This document shows, piece after piece, positions 40,170 through 51,791 of a DNA stretch of 64,000 bases. Position 1 is the stretch's first letter. Each line of letters opens with the position of its first letter. The position numbers were made by a program, and so were the translations under genes. Below the pieces are notes generated by a model. That model was not told the origin of the DNA. It saw nothing but the letters and a program-made list of their open reading frames with translations, and ran no database searches. The DNA is from Ascidiella aspersa (lineage: Eukaryota): the NCBI GenBank assembly GCA_963924565.1, contig OZ004607.1, positions 11,842,001 to 11,906,000 on the forward strand. Reading direction: 5' to 3'.

Positions 40170-41243
40170 TTGAGCAGTATTTTTTTAATAATTGTTTTTT
40201 TTTTATAATTTGTTAAATTTGTTGTTTTTTACAATAAATCAATTTCCGATGTTTAAATTTGGCGCTTGTCTACATTTGAAATTTCTATAAAACATCGTAA
40301 TTTTTTTAACAAAGCAAGAGAAAATAAAATGCCGCCACCAATCAACCGAATGGAGGTGATCTAGTAGGTAGGTCAATTTTCGTACTTTTGCTTACCTTTT
40401 AGGTTGACAGAGTGTTAAGAAAACATCCCTCGAGGTCGTTTTTCGTTTTTATAAAGTAATACGTATTCCAAATGTTTCGTCCTTCATTACTTTTTTACTG
40501 GAGGTTCGAAAGGACAAAAAGTACAACTTTATGCATGACACCAAACGGTTACGCAAGTCAACCAATGTTTTGCGCTTCGCATAAACATCTGCTTATTAGC
40601 GACCACACCAAAACTTGCGATTCCTGTTTTCTTAACAACCATCGGTTTGCACACCAAAGATAACCTACACTCACAGTAGTGACTTAAAATTCAAAGCTGC
40701 CTGTTTAAATGCAAAAACAAGCAAGTTTGTAACCCAGAGAAAAGTACAAGAAATACCAATTTTAATTTTGAGGAATTATAGTATATTTGTTTTATAGAAG
40801 GGACAATAGATGGTGGAATAGTTATATGTAATTGCATATAATAAAAAACATTTAACAGAGTTCGCTATGTAAAAAACATTAAAAAAACTAAACAAAAATA
40901 ACGAATATTTCAAAACATAAATAGCATTAAAATTAAATTAAACAAATCAGACGCATTCTTTAAGGAATTTTACTATTAAACAATTATCTTATACACTGAA
41001 AAATATGTAATCTATTTACAGACCGCTAAAAGTGTACTTCTATCCGTACAATAATAGCATTTAGCTTACAGTATAATGTCATAATGTCACGACGAAAATA
41101 CACGTGTTTTTGTTAAAACTCAAAGAAAAAGTTTCATCTTGATTAAAACATATACTTTTTTTTAATACAAAAATATATTTTTTATACATTAAGAAATACT
41201 TTTATATATATATATAAATATCACATTGGCGGTTGGCCATTTC

Positions 41244-44200
41244 CTAAATAATATCGTCGTTTCTTGTGAAGATTAGAACAGCTGTGTTAAGGTCGTTGAC
41301 AAATCTACCGTATTTAGGAAGTCTGTCGCTCAAAATGTGATCGTTTAAGCTGCTCCAATCTAAATAGAGGCCGTATATTACCCTTAATTTAACAATGTTT
41401 GTTTGTCTTTTGCAATGTAAATATAGTTTATTGGTATTATGAACTTGTTATGTGTTCTAAGCATGCAGGAATACGGAGATCGAGACAGACTTGGAACTAT
41501 TATAGTCTTTAGTCTGTGCTACGCTCTTGTATCACCAAGTTGAGAACCGATAAGGCCGGGAACTGAAAATCGTGAAAGTGAAGTAGCATATAGGTTGAAA
41601 TATATGGTAATTTGATTTTTTTAAAAACGATTGCATTATATACACCCTATTTTGGTTACATGGATCGGTGAGATACTAGGCCGTGGAATTGTAGCCAGAC
41701 CCGGAACATCGGAGTCCCATAATTTGGCAGGAGTATAGGACTCCACAATCGGGAGTCGGATTCTAGTTTATTATTTCAAGTCGGACTCGGGTTGTTGTAA
41801 ACCGACTCCGAAGCCCTGGAATTAATAATGGTACTTACAAGAAAAATCACCACAGCGTTGATAGTCAAAATTTTGTAAGTTTGCAGATCCAATACAGAAT
41901 TTAGAAGGGTCGGCGGTGGAGTCAACTCTATCAAACATAAAAAAATAAAATTAGGAATAACTGATTATAGCCTAAGTATCTGGAACAAATTTATTTCTCA
42001 AACTTAAACTTGTAATTTTAAAAACATCAGCAGAACGCCAAAACTAAAACAAATGTATAACAAGTTAAAATATTTTCGATTAACTTTACAGGCGATTTAA
42101 ATAGAGGTTTAACCTACTTAACACCAGGACACATTGCGTATGGGTTTCCATTAGAGTCGTATGCTCTGAACTGAATGTAACCTGGAGTCACCCCGCTATT
42201 CTGGGAGTGTGAATCATTGCCTTTGGCTATGTTTACAGGGAAGACAAGCGGCTGTGGTTTGTGAAGAATACGAATGTCCGTGGTTGCTGAATTGACTACA
42301 ACATAACAATGAAAATCATAATGCGTTGGTGATCTGTCATTTTTATTTTAAATTTAAGATTAACAATGAATTTTAAAGCGAAAAAGGTCGCGTAAATCGA
42401 CATTATTGTGATTAGGACGTTTCAAAACCTATACTTGTATCATTCACTGATGATGATACACGCAGGTATCAAAAGGTCTTAATCAAGATGATGTTGATTT
42501 ACTCGATCTTTTTGACTTTAAAATTCATTATTAAGATTAACAAATGTTGATACTTTTTGTGATATGGGCCTATCGTATTTCTATCATTTTCTATAAGAAA
42601 TAAAGTACTTAGTTTTTAAACACTACAAAGAAAATTTTACCAATTGCATCCACAATTGCTTTTAAAACATTGTCCAAGTGGCTTGAGTCAAATGGGTTAG
42701 AGTCTTTCCTAAACACATTTAAAGACGTTATGGTTTAAACTTTAAAGTATACACAATGTAATAAATCCGAATACTTGGCAAGTAGAAAGTATCCAAAAAG
42801 AGTGTTCTTTGTTTCCCTATTAAGCACCATTTCATTCGTCAGATTTGCTGAACTGTAAGTGGGGTAGGCAGAAAAACTATTCGAATATGAATTTAAAACC
42901 TAAGAAAAAAACAATAGGTTAGGTAATATAAACTATACCACGTTTTCGGTTACAATGTGTTAACATTTTTTGGCAAAAGCTGAAAGCAATTTATTTTGTC
43001 GGTCAATATAACGACAAATTATAACAAGAGTAGTCCATATGTTCTCTATTTTAAATGTACCTTTTTCGACCAAATTTGAAAGAATACTTGAGCAACGGAA
43101 GGAATGGACGCTCCCCTATTGTAAACTTGATGTCCTCTTGCTTGGTAAAACATTTCTTTGTATAAAAACGTATTGACGTATAAACTACCATGAGAACCGC
43201 CACTTGGAGATAATATTGATTCAGCCTAAATGATAGTGAGAGCATTTGTACAATTTTATATTCTAACAAAATCAATATACGCGGCAAAAATCAGTGTGCG
43301 GTAATTATCATACTTTCATTTTGAAAGAAGTTGATGCTCCATCAATTGCGTTGAACGAAAGAAGAGTTATGAATGGTTGAATAGCTGCACTACTTATATG
43401 ATAGGTCAAAGAATCTCTAAGATAAATAATGAATAGTTATATTATTTTGTTATATGTTATAAATACATATATATATTTTATATTAATTATTGCCAAAAAA
43501 CAACAACAAATGCTTCCAAACGTAATGACATTTACCTATTTCGTATGTCGTTTGCCAGAAAGTATGTTTATTGTAGTAGAGGGTGAAGTTTTATGAAAGC
43601 TATTTAACAATTGCATTTGACTTACGTATAACTCTTTCCATATGAAATCAAATTGTAAGGCTTTCCGTTTGCACTGAACGACACCTGAAAAATAGTATTG
43701 CATTAAACATTAATGAACGAAATCAATCTTTGGATTACTTTGGTAAATAAGCGATGCATTAAAATACATAAAAGTGTAAGTCAGTCACATGCCTTATTTC
43801 CGCCTTTAAAAAGGTTGCTTCCATTATAGATGAGAGTCGCATTTAACCCAGCGTCATAGTCGTATGTACTCCAATTGGGCACAAGCGAGGTTATTGAGAG
43901 ATTCTTTTGAAACTCAAGCAGTATTGTTTTGTCAACACCTTGATGGAAAATAAGTTATATGGAACGTCGAACTAACTTTGAATGATTTTAAGCCTTTGCT
44001 AGTTCTACTTTAATTTCAACTGTATTAGCCATACCAACTGTATTTAGCTGTAAAAAAAATTGCAGGGTTTTTTTATTGTTGGCTAAGTAAAGCATGCAAA
44101 GTTACATTACAGAGTCAACTGACCTACAATGCTAAGGCCACGAAGCGGTGCGTAAAAATAGAACAACGCTGACAATGTCGATCCGTATTCTTTCAGAAAT

Positions 44201-47200
44201 TTGCTTGAGGTGTAATATTGTTGCCTTGTGGTTGAGCTCAGATAATCGATAGGGACCGAGTTTGGAACATGAGAAACCATGATATCTGTTGCCTAAAAAC
44301 AGTTTTATTGTATCTTCAGAGCAAAAGAGCCTTGATGCTACAGCATATTGTGGTAATTTCCACCAACTGTGCCAACTTCAAATAAACGATAACAAAACTA
44401 TATTTGTACAAGCAAAGCAAAACTATTCGTACAATGGTAGCGTTTAACACTTGGGCAACAATGCGAGCTTAGGTCTAGGTAAATTGTTTTATAGTAGAAA
44501 ATATGTCTTTTACCTACAATTGTACGTGGAGTTACTGACATTTGTGCAGTAACTTTTAGAAATACCTTTAAACTGCTATAAGCTGAGTTTTTATAATCCA
44601 AAGATGTTGCGCTGCGAGCGTTTCCGAAGGTGCTGGTGCTTTCCCAATTAGAAGAACCTTTTCATGCCAAGAACACCATTAACCTAATGAGCTATTGCAC
44701 ATGTACATCAGCATACCTACAGTTCACCACTAAATATAACGAGTTTAATTATAAACAGAAAAGTACACATGACATTTTATGCTTTAAATCATTAAGTTGA
44801 TATGGAAATTTACTGCACCACCTCTTCTATTGAAGCGTGCAGCCTGGCTGTATGGATTCCGTGACCAGTTGTCATAAATCGTTGAACATTTCTGTCCAGG
44901 AGCCTCGTTCACTATAGATGCTACTAATGTCCAGCCTCCCCCTGCTGTTTTCATGTCACAGTAAACCTGAAGTACAGTACAGGTCAACTACCCAAACAAA
45001 CTCTAGGAAGAATTAAGGATTACTGTAGGATTTTTTTAGATTGGTGAATAATTTAACGATTTTATCTATTCAAACAGCTAGATGGTATTACTTTATGAAG
45101 AAAACAAATGTAACAAAAAATTCAAGGAAAAAAGCTTATCAGATTGAAACCTCCGAATTTTTTTAGCTATATTTTTTAACATTAAAACGCTGTGAAAGAT
45201 TTGCAAAAAATACATAAAATAAATGCAAAGCTCTGTTTAAATTCCATTTCAACGTAAAGCTAAATCATATTTTAATTTTCAAATCAGGCAAACCATTTTT
45301 ATACCGTTTGAAAGCTATTATACCCACTTGAATGTGACATACTTTGGAAGCATGGGTATTTTTGTTTAAATAAATTTCACCATGATATATCCTGTAAAAA
45401 ATCTGTTTCTTTGTAAGCTGATTCAAATGCACGCGTTTGCTAAATTTTATGAGTATATATAGACGAATACATTTGAAACCGAGAACATTTTATGGTTATC
45501 CTAGGCATCACATGGCTACGGTATACTGATTTAAAAGAAACCCATACGCACTTCGATTCCATCAGATCCTGCAGACAAATTAATCTTGTAGATTCCAGAT
45601 TCGTTAAAGCCGCTTTTTTTCAATTCCAAGCATGATTTGTAGTTGATAACTGTTAGCAATAGGTGAATGTATGGTTAGAGCAGTGATTTTCCACCGGTGT
45701 TCCGCGGAACACCAGTGTTTCGTGCAAAATTATTAGGTGTTCCGCAAAACATGATCACTGGAAAAAATCAATGGATTAAAGTAGCTTTTATATTCTGTAA
45801 TTGATTGTGATTTGTTTAATTTATTATTATGTACGGTATTACGACTTGTGTACAGGAGAGGAATTCTGTGGGCCTGTTGCTGTTTTACAATAATACGACC
45901 GAATATCAGTTATGTGCTCATTCAAACAGATCCAAATGTCGCACAACGACAAATTAAAAGTGAATACATTGTTGTTTTAATGCAATATTCCCTATAAACC
46001 TTTATTTGGTGTTCTGCAAATTTCTTTTAAAGCATACGGTTAAGTGTTACGTGGCATAAAAAGGTTGAAAAACACTGACTTAGAGTACATTAACTCTAAA
46101 ATGATGCGCCTAAGAAATTCTCAAGTGTGACTATAACGCATTTTTGTAACAACATATTATGAGATAAATTTAATGTCTGTTTGGCCCTGCACGGAAAAAA
46201 CACAAAAGGGTACTTGATAGAAGCAACGTAAAAGAATCATCAGTGTTTTATATCAAACAAAATATTAGAGTAAAAAAAAATTCACATATGACCTGCAGGT
46301 TCTTAAGTGTCATAGTTTATGTTGTGATTTTTCCTTTTTTTTAGTTTTCGAAAAGCTGACCATAATATTCTCTGTTGTTTTTATAAACAAAATACATTTG
46401 AATTCCATTGCCGGCCAACCCGTCGATCGTGAGCCGTATGCAGCTCATTTACAGTTTTTCTCGGCACTTACGTTTCCATTTGTAGGGTTTTTTAGGATGT
46501 AAAGTGTCGATTTTGTTTGCTTAAGTTACCGATTCATCGCCGGTTCCGACTCAGATTCAGTGGTCGGCAAACTGTAGACCGGGGCTCTAATGTGGGCCGC
46601 AGAGCCATTTTTAGTGGGCCGCGAGGTACTTTTGAATAGTATTGTTATCATGTAGTTGTGGGCCGCATGATAGCCGTGTAGATTAATTGCAAAAAATTGA
46701 AAAAAATTATATATTCTACGTTTTATAGTATGTTTTACAATTTTACATTATGGCATGGCAGTGTTCAAGACGCCGTGTAATATTTCACCTTTAAATCAAA
46801 TATCCTGAATACGTTCCTGTTGTCATGGTGGTTTTACGTAGTGGACCTTCAATAGCTCTGAAAAGAGTACTTTGGGCCGTGACAAAAAAATTTTGCCGAC
46901 CACTGTTTTAAATGCTTTGACAACGTTATGACTGTTTTATTCTATGGTGTGGTAAGGAATTCGCGTTTATAAGTTGCCTATACTCAAATTGTTACGGTAG
47001 AACATTTGCAATAAATCAAGTTGAGCAAAGGTACATATATAAGTGAAGTAGAATCGGGGTGAGGCTCATTTCTGCTCATATATAAAGTGAGGATATTCAA
47101 GGTTAAAAAAGTAAGAAATGCGGCTTTTGGTATTTGAATGGTTGGAAATGTCTTTCTTACATTAACAAATACCAGCGAAGGTAATATTTACTTTACGCCG

Positions 47201-49625
47201 TAAATAAATTACAAAGTAGATATATAATTTAGCAATTCGTCTAACAATTGCAACAAACAATTTCAATAATTATTACTTACCTGAATCACTTCCGGAAGGG
47301 GCTACACCAACAGATAAAACAGCATTCGTTTCCTGTACGTAAAGCCATTTGAATTATGGGGTCGAAATTAAAAATCCTATTGATTTTTAATAAACTTTTA
47401 TTTGAAGTATCTCAATATATATAATACAAAAAAACATTACAAACAAAGGTTGTTTCATTGAAACAAGAGCTGCGTTATCAACAGTCAGTAAAGTAGTCCT
47501 AGCGTTTGCATCGGCGTACCTTTGTCTAACATCGGTTAAAACAGGGGTCGGCAACCTTTTTCCAGTCGCGGGCCAAAACCAAACTCAGAAAGATCTCTGC
47601 GGGCCGCTCATAATGATAACTAAGAATTGTGTTATTTTCATGTTAAAACAACTGTGAACCAGCCGGGCCTCGGATCGTAACAACATTTAAGAAGGCTGTA
47701 AAGTGCAAAGAGCGAAAAAAATCGTTTGTTTGGTTTGAAATTCGAGTTCACACGTCGTCATCCATACCACTAACGAAAAGTAATAAAAGTACTTTGAGCG
47801 AACACGCAAACATTTAAAATTAACCTAGCTCAGTGTTGGCACACCTGGCGAGTGAAGCGAGCGCGATTTTTTTGGTATACCTGCATTTCTATTAAATTTC
47901 TTGCAAGTTTTTATTACATTGCCGAAAATAAAAAAAAATGTTAAAAATACACGTCCAACATTTTGAATACGTTTTCCGTGACGCACTTCGCTACCTTCCT
48001 AGGCGCAACGGTAAAGAAAATTTTCGCACTTACGTAGTTAAAATAGTCAAAAAGTATGTAAAACGGACTCGTGTCCAAATTATCAAAGAGGCGGCGGGCC
48101 GGATGAATTACATCGGCGGGCCCGATCGGGCCGTAGGTTGCCGACCCCTGGGTTAAAACAAAAAAACTAAGATAGGTTTTTGTGCACATCGTTAACCGTT
48201 ACTCATATAGTAAAATTAAACACTTAACAAATATAAGGTTAAACTACATGCTGTATGACATTACACAAATGATGTATATAACGGTTTCAAGCGGAAAATA
48301 GCCTAATGGAAAATAGCCTAATGATCATTAACTCAATCCTTTTCTAACGAAGTACGTTTTTTATCTTATATGTGGGCTGTATAGTAAGTCGTCGCAGGCC
48401 AGTGGTTCTTAACCGCGCCCATTTTGGGATTATAATTGCAACTTTTGGGGTGCTACGTTAGTCAGAACAATATGGTAGTTGTCATATGCAGTTGTGCGCA
48501 TGGGATGGACACAAGAGTAAGTTGTGCACATGCGATCTAACATGTGCAATTGGGTCGGACAACACTCCTACACATACAGCCGTGTACCAACTCTGTTTTT
48601 GCCAACCTTCACATTGAAACTGCGCAATTTTTTTTTAGTTATGTTGTTTCCTGTTTTAGTGACATTTTTAGCGCAAAGTCCTTTTGTGTACCATTGCATA
48701 TTTTCTGTCTATTAGTAATAGATTATAACGAACAACATTTTGGTGTTGGTTCGAAATGCTTTGCCAATTCGACCTTTTGGGTATGATATGCGCTTTGCGC
48801 AATGATATGCGTTTTAACATCAATCAAATACTTTTTAATACTTGATGGGCCGATTAACTTAGGATTACCTTTCTGAAAACACTATACACTAAGATCGAAA
48901 GGTATTAACTTTATCGTAATCGGTAACCTACCGTGTAGTTTAGGACAGAGGCGACCGCGATGACAAGAAGCAGTATTGTTGCGAATCCGAGCAGAAGTAT
49001 CACAATGAGGCCAGATTTTGACTGACTATCTGATTGTGATGCAAATATTTATATTAAGAGTATAACAAGTTACTATATGTCTTATTTAACAGAGTGCATC
49101 TTTTTGGTGCGACAAGACTCAACGACGGCCTAATTTAACTTGGTATACTGCACTATAAAGAAACCCCTTCTACATAAGTCTTTATAGCTTGTTAAAAGTT
49201 GAAGTCACATAGGAAATATGCATTGAAATTTCAACATTTTGCCAAAATCGCTCGACCAAGTTAATTATCGTTATTTTCAAGTATAATATATTTGCTTCAT
49301 TTATTTACTTTTAATGTTTCCCAATTTTTTTTAAGAAATTTACTATTCATTATTTAGTTTACCTACTTGTAAATCATTCCTATATTTTAAAATTCGCATA
49401 TGTATACAGGATGTCAATCTCAATCGTTTATTGGGACGTGGGAAGGAATCGTTTATCTAAGAATAAAATCGAACCTTGGCTGGGTTTTACATCTTCCTTG
49501 TTGGTTTCAACTGGGCTAGTTTTTGTCATCTGAGGCTCCTCGTAGATCGCGCTGCTTTCTTCGAACTGGGGTTTGGCCTTGCTGGAACCGTTTTGATTTA
49601 CATAGTTGTTGTCGGGACGAGACAT
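41244..49625 (-). CDS. ITLN-like: Type II transmembrane intelectin-like (fibrinogen-related lectin) protein with internal insert, 16 exons, about 617 aa
   Basis: Exons 49625-49475, 49029-48932, 47332-47281, 45649-45552, 44966-44822, 44657-44566, 44292-44124, 43938-43793, 43684-43626, 43416-43314, 43225-43061, 42899-42775, 42708-42641, 42295-42118, 41927-41839, 41359-41244 sum to 1854 nt in one frame. Intelectin motifs in order: SCLELK..GIYKI, VYCDMKTAGGGWTLVAS, NWESTSTFG..SATSLDYKN, HVPN, PGYIQFR..AMCPG, CIG, RCGDFS.W, AVLIFTR. Transmembrane segment GLIVILLLGFATILLLVIAVASVL. Confidence 0.88.
41678..41818. mobile_element. GGAGTCGG-type MITE remnant cut by the duplication breakpoint
   Basis: Ends ACCGACTCCGAAGCCCTG. 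Only its left half is present at about 29808-29880. Left boundary approximate. Confidence 0.55.
42365..42529. repeat. Imperfect foldback element with a decayed hammerhead-like core (possibly Penelope-derived)
   Basis: Arms start AATGAATTTTAAAG and end CTTTAAAATTCATT and pair along most of their length. CTGATGA-T-GATAC-ACGCAG-GTATC-AAAA at 42447-42474. Confidence 0.7.
45681..46077. mobile_element. hAT-type MITE
   Basis: TIR CAGTGATTTTCCACC / GGTTGAAAAACACTG; decayed TSD GGTTAGAG/ACTTAGAG. Confidence 0.8.
46558..46905. mobile_element. hAT-type MITE
   Basis: Perfect TIR CAGTGGTCGGCAAA and subterminal GGGCCGC repeats. Confidence 0.85.
47542..48150. mobile_element. hAT-type MITE, family 2
   Basis: Perfect TIR CAGGGGTCGGCAACC and perfect TSD GGTTAAAA. 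A truncated relative is at 61789-62042. Confidence 0.93.
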
Positions 49626-50119
49626 AATGCTTTTTCGCCTATTCTATACACACTTCGTTACGGTTTGGTCAATTTCAAAACTACCTGCTGCTTTAGCGAG
49701 TAATTTACAAATGAAAATCGCATTGTAAATCCTGTGTATTTGTAAACGACAATCGATTGCAACATTCCACAATGACCAACAGCTAGGCTTAATCACGCTT
49801 ACGACATACACTCGCGTAACTTGTTGTCGTACTTCCACCGTTGTGAAATATCATATTAGTCATTCAGCTTTCACCACCAGGAAACAGATTTGTTCATAAC
49901 TGAGTTAATCATAAAGGTAAAAAACAGTTTGGGTTGTTTACCTTGCTGTTTAACATAGTTTCAGCTGCTGCAGGCGCCCTCCGCACGAATGTTGCATTTT
50001 AAATCAATTTTTTTTGCAAAACGCAACAAATCCTATCTAAGATTTTGCTAAAATTTAAACAGCACATTTGATATATTTCGAAAATAACACTACAATTTTA
50101 ATTTTAAATTATTTTGTTT

Positions 50120-51791
50120 GGCGCTGGCCTGGAATCCTATCACCGTTGTGACAATTACACTGGTCAACAAATTTTCACTTTTTTATAAACGAAATTGTAA
50201 GTATTTCATCTTAGATGTATTTTTCGCACTGATTTCGAATACACCTTTAGTTTTTTTCTAGAATTTTTCGTAAAAACGCATTAAAAACAACGCACAGCTG
50301 TAATAAATGGCCCTTTTAAGCGTCTGACATAAAACGTTTTTATACACATAATTCAAGTCATCACCATAGAACTCCTATGATGGACTTTTCAACTATTTCC
50401 CCCTTTTAAAATCCTTGGTGATGGGGTTTTATTGCTTAAAATGTCAAGTTTTTTCGTCACTGACTGAACCTAGGTTTTCTGGAAAAAAATCAACTATAGG
50501 TGTGCAGAAAATGCACTTTGAGGTACATACATAACCTATCTATATGCTAAGCTAAGCAGATCATCAGCACCGAACGGAAAATAATTCAATTTGCATTTTC
50601 CTAAAAGTTAGCACATAGTCACCAAATGCTAGCCAAGCGCGTAATTCAACATTTTTACAATGTGCATCCTTTGATATTTTACTAATATTTTGTTCCATCA
50701 TGATTCGTTTCGTTTTGCTTAGCTTAGTAGTGAAAACTTTTAATTTTTTAAGAGGCGTAACGTTTGTGATATCAGACACGGTTCTCTTATAGGCTTATAG
50801 TCTCTTAGTAATGCACTTTGTAGCACGGCTGTTGTGGCAAAAAGGATCATCTACTGAAGGTTGTCGGAGTTTTATTTCCGTTATGTATTTATACTACATC
50901 AATCTCAAGCAAGTGGTTTTATTTTAATCCTAATACAAGCAGTTCCGATTTTCGTTTGAAAAAAAAAACATGCATCTACAGTAAGGCTGTCTGGCTTTGG
51001 CTGGCTTTGTTCTTATTAACTATATTTAATCTTCAACTTCATCAGGGAGAATTCATGACTTTTATGAGGAGGAAGTGAGGCGGAGCATTATGTGGTATAC
51101 GCTTTTTCGCCTAATCTAACAGCTTACGTGCAATCGTCCAACCTAATGATATCTGTAGTGATTCATTGTTTGTCGTTGGTTACTAAAGTTTGAAAAGTAT
51201 ATGTAACAACATTACTGATTAAAATCTGACATTACCTAACGTTGATTCATTTTGATTTTTTCTGCTATATTGCGAAGTTGTTTGAACAACATATACTCAG
51301 CTCGGATGCTGTTTTTACATCCAGAAATTAACTACTTTATTAAAAAAATCGTTAATAAAAGATCTTTTTTATGTTGTTTTTTTAAGATATCAGCAAAAAA
51401 CAGTTAAACGGTGTGCGAGTCACATTATAGTTGGACTATGTCACAGTGCGCAATTTGCCTATGTTAATAATACAGCTATACATTGAAAAAATTAAAATGC
51501 AAATATTTCAAAAATCTGACGTGCTAAAAAAAATGAGGGCATTTTCAGAATCAGTGCCGAAAGCACACTAAAAATCAATTCATCACATCTCCGTTTAAAT
51601 TTTGCTGTTGACCAGTGTTATTGAATCAACGCAAAATATTTGGCTTAGGGTGCGTTTGGGTGTGGGTGGGTTAAGTATTATTATATTTATTATTTAATAA
51701 TAATAGGCTACTTGAACCACCCGAACCCAAAACGCTAACCCACACTCTAACTCAAATAATGTGCGTTGTGGTAGAATTCTAGACCAGCGCC
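50120..51791. mobile_element. Harbinger-like palindromic MITE (GGCGC termini) interrupted by a nested element
   Basis: TIR GGCGCTGGCCTGGAATCCTATCAC / GTGGTAGAATTCTAGACCAGCGCC with TTT on both flanks. Internal inverted TTAGGG-like tracts at about 51645-51750. Confidence 0.7.
50158..51617. mobile_element. Chapaev3/CACTA-like non-autonomous DNA transposon
   Basis: TIR CACTGGTCAACA / TGTTGACCAGTG, 3-bp TSD TTA, subterminal GCACTGATT/AATCAGTGC. No transposase ORF recognised. Confidence 0.8.

Larger units (their letters stand above)
29881..41751 (+). repeat. Tandem segmental duplication, unit 2 (about 11870 bp)
   Basis: Ends ...GGACTCCACAATCG as unit 1 does. By eye I found 5 substitutions and 3 homopolymer indels relative to unit 1. 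Confidence 0.97.

Noticed and set aside
42115-42120. TAG after ...CPGVK as the end of the lectin gene
   Set aside because: It overlaps the donor AA|GTAGGT, and two further in-phase exons supply the CIG, CGDF and AVLIF motifs.
43051-43287. 78-aa minus-strand ORF from the track
   Set aside because: Wrong frame; the real exon 43225-43061 is read in another frame.
47450-47525. Possible extra lectin stalk exon (QRYADANARTTLL...)
   Set aside because: No acceptor gives the required phase 0 without a stop, and exon 2 joins 47332 cleanly.
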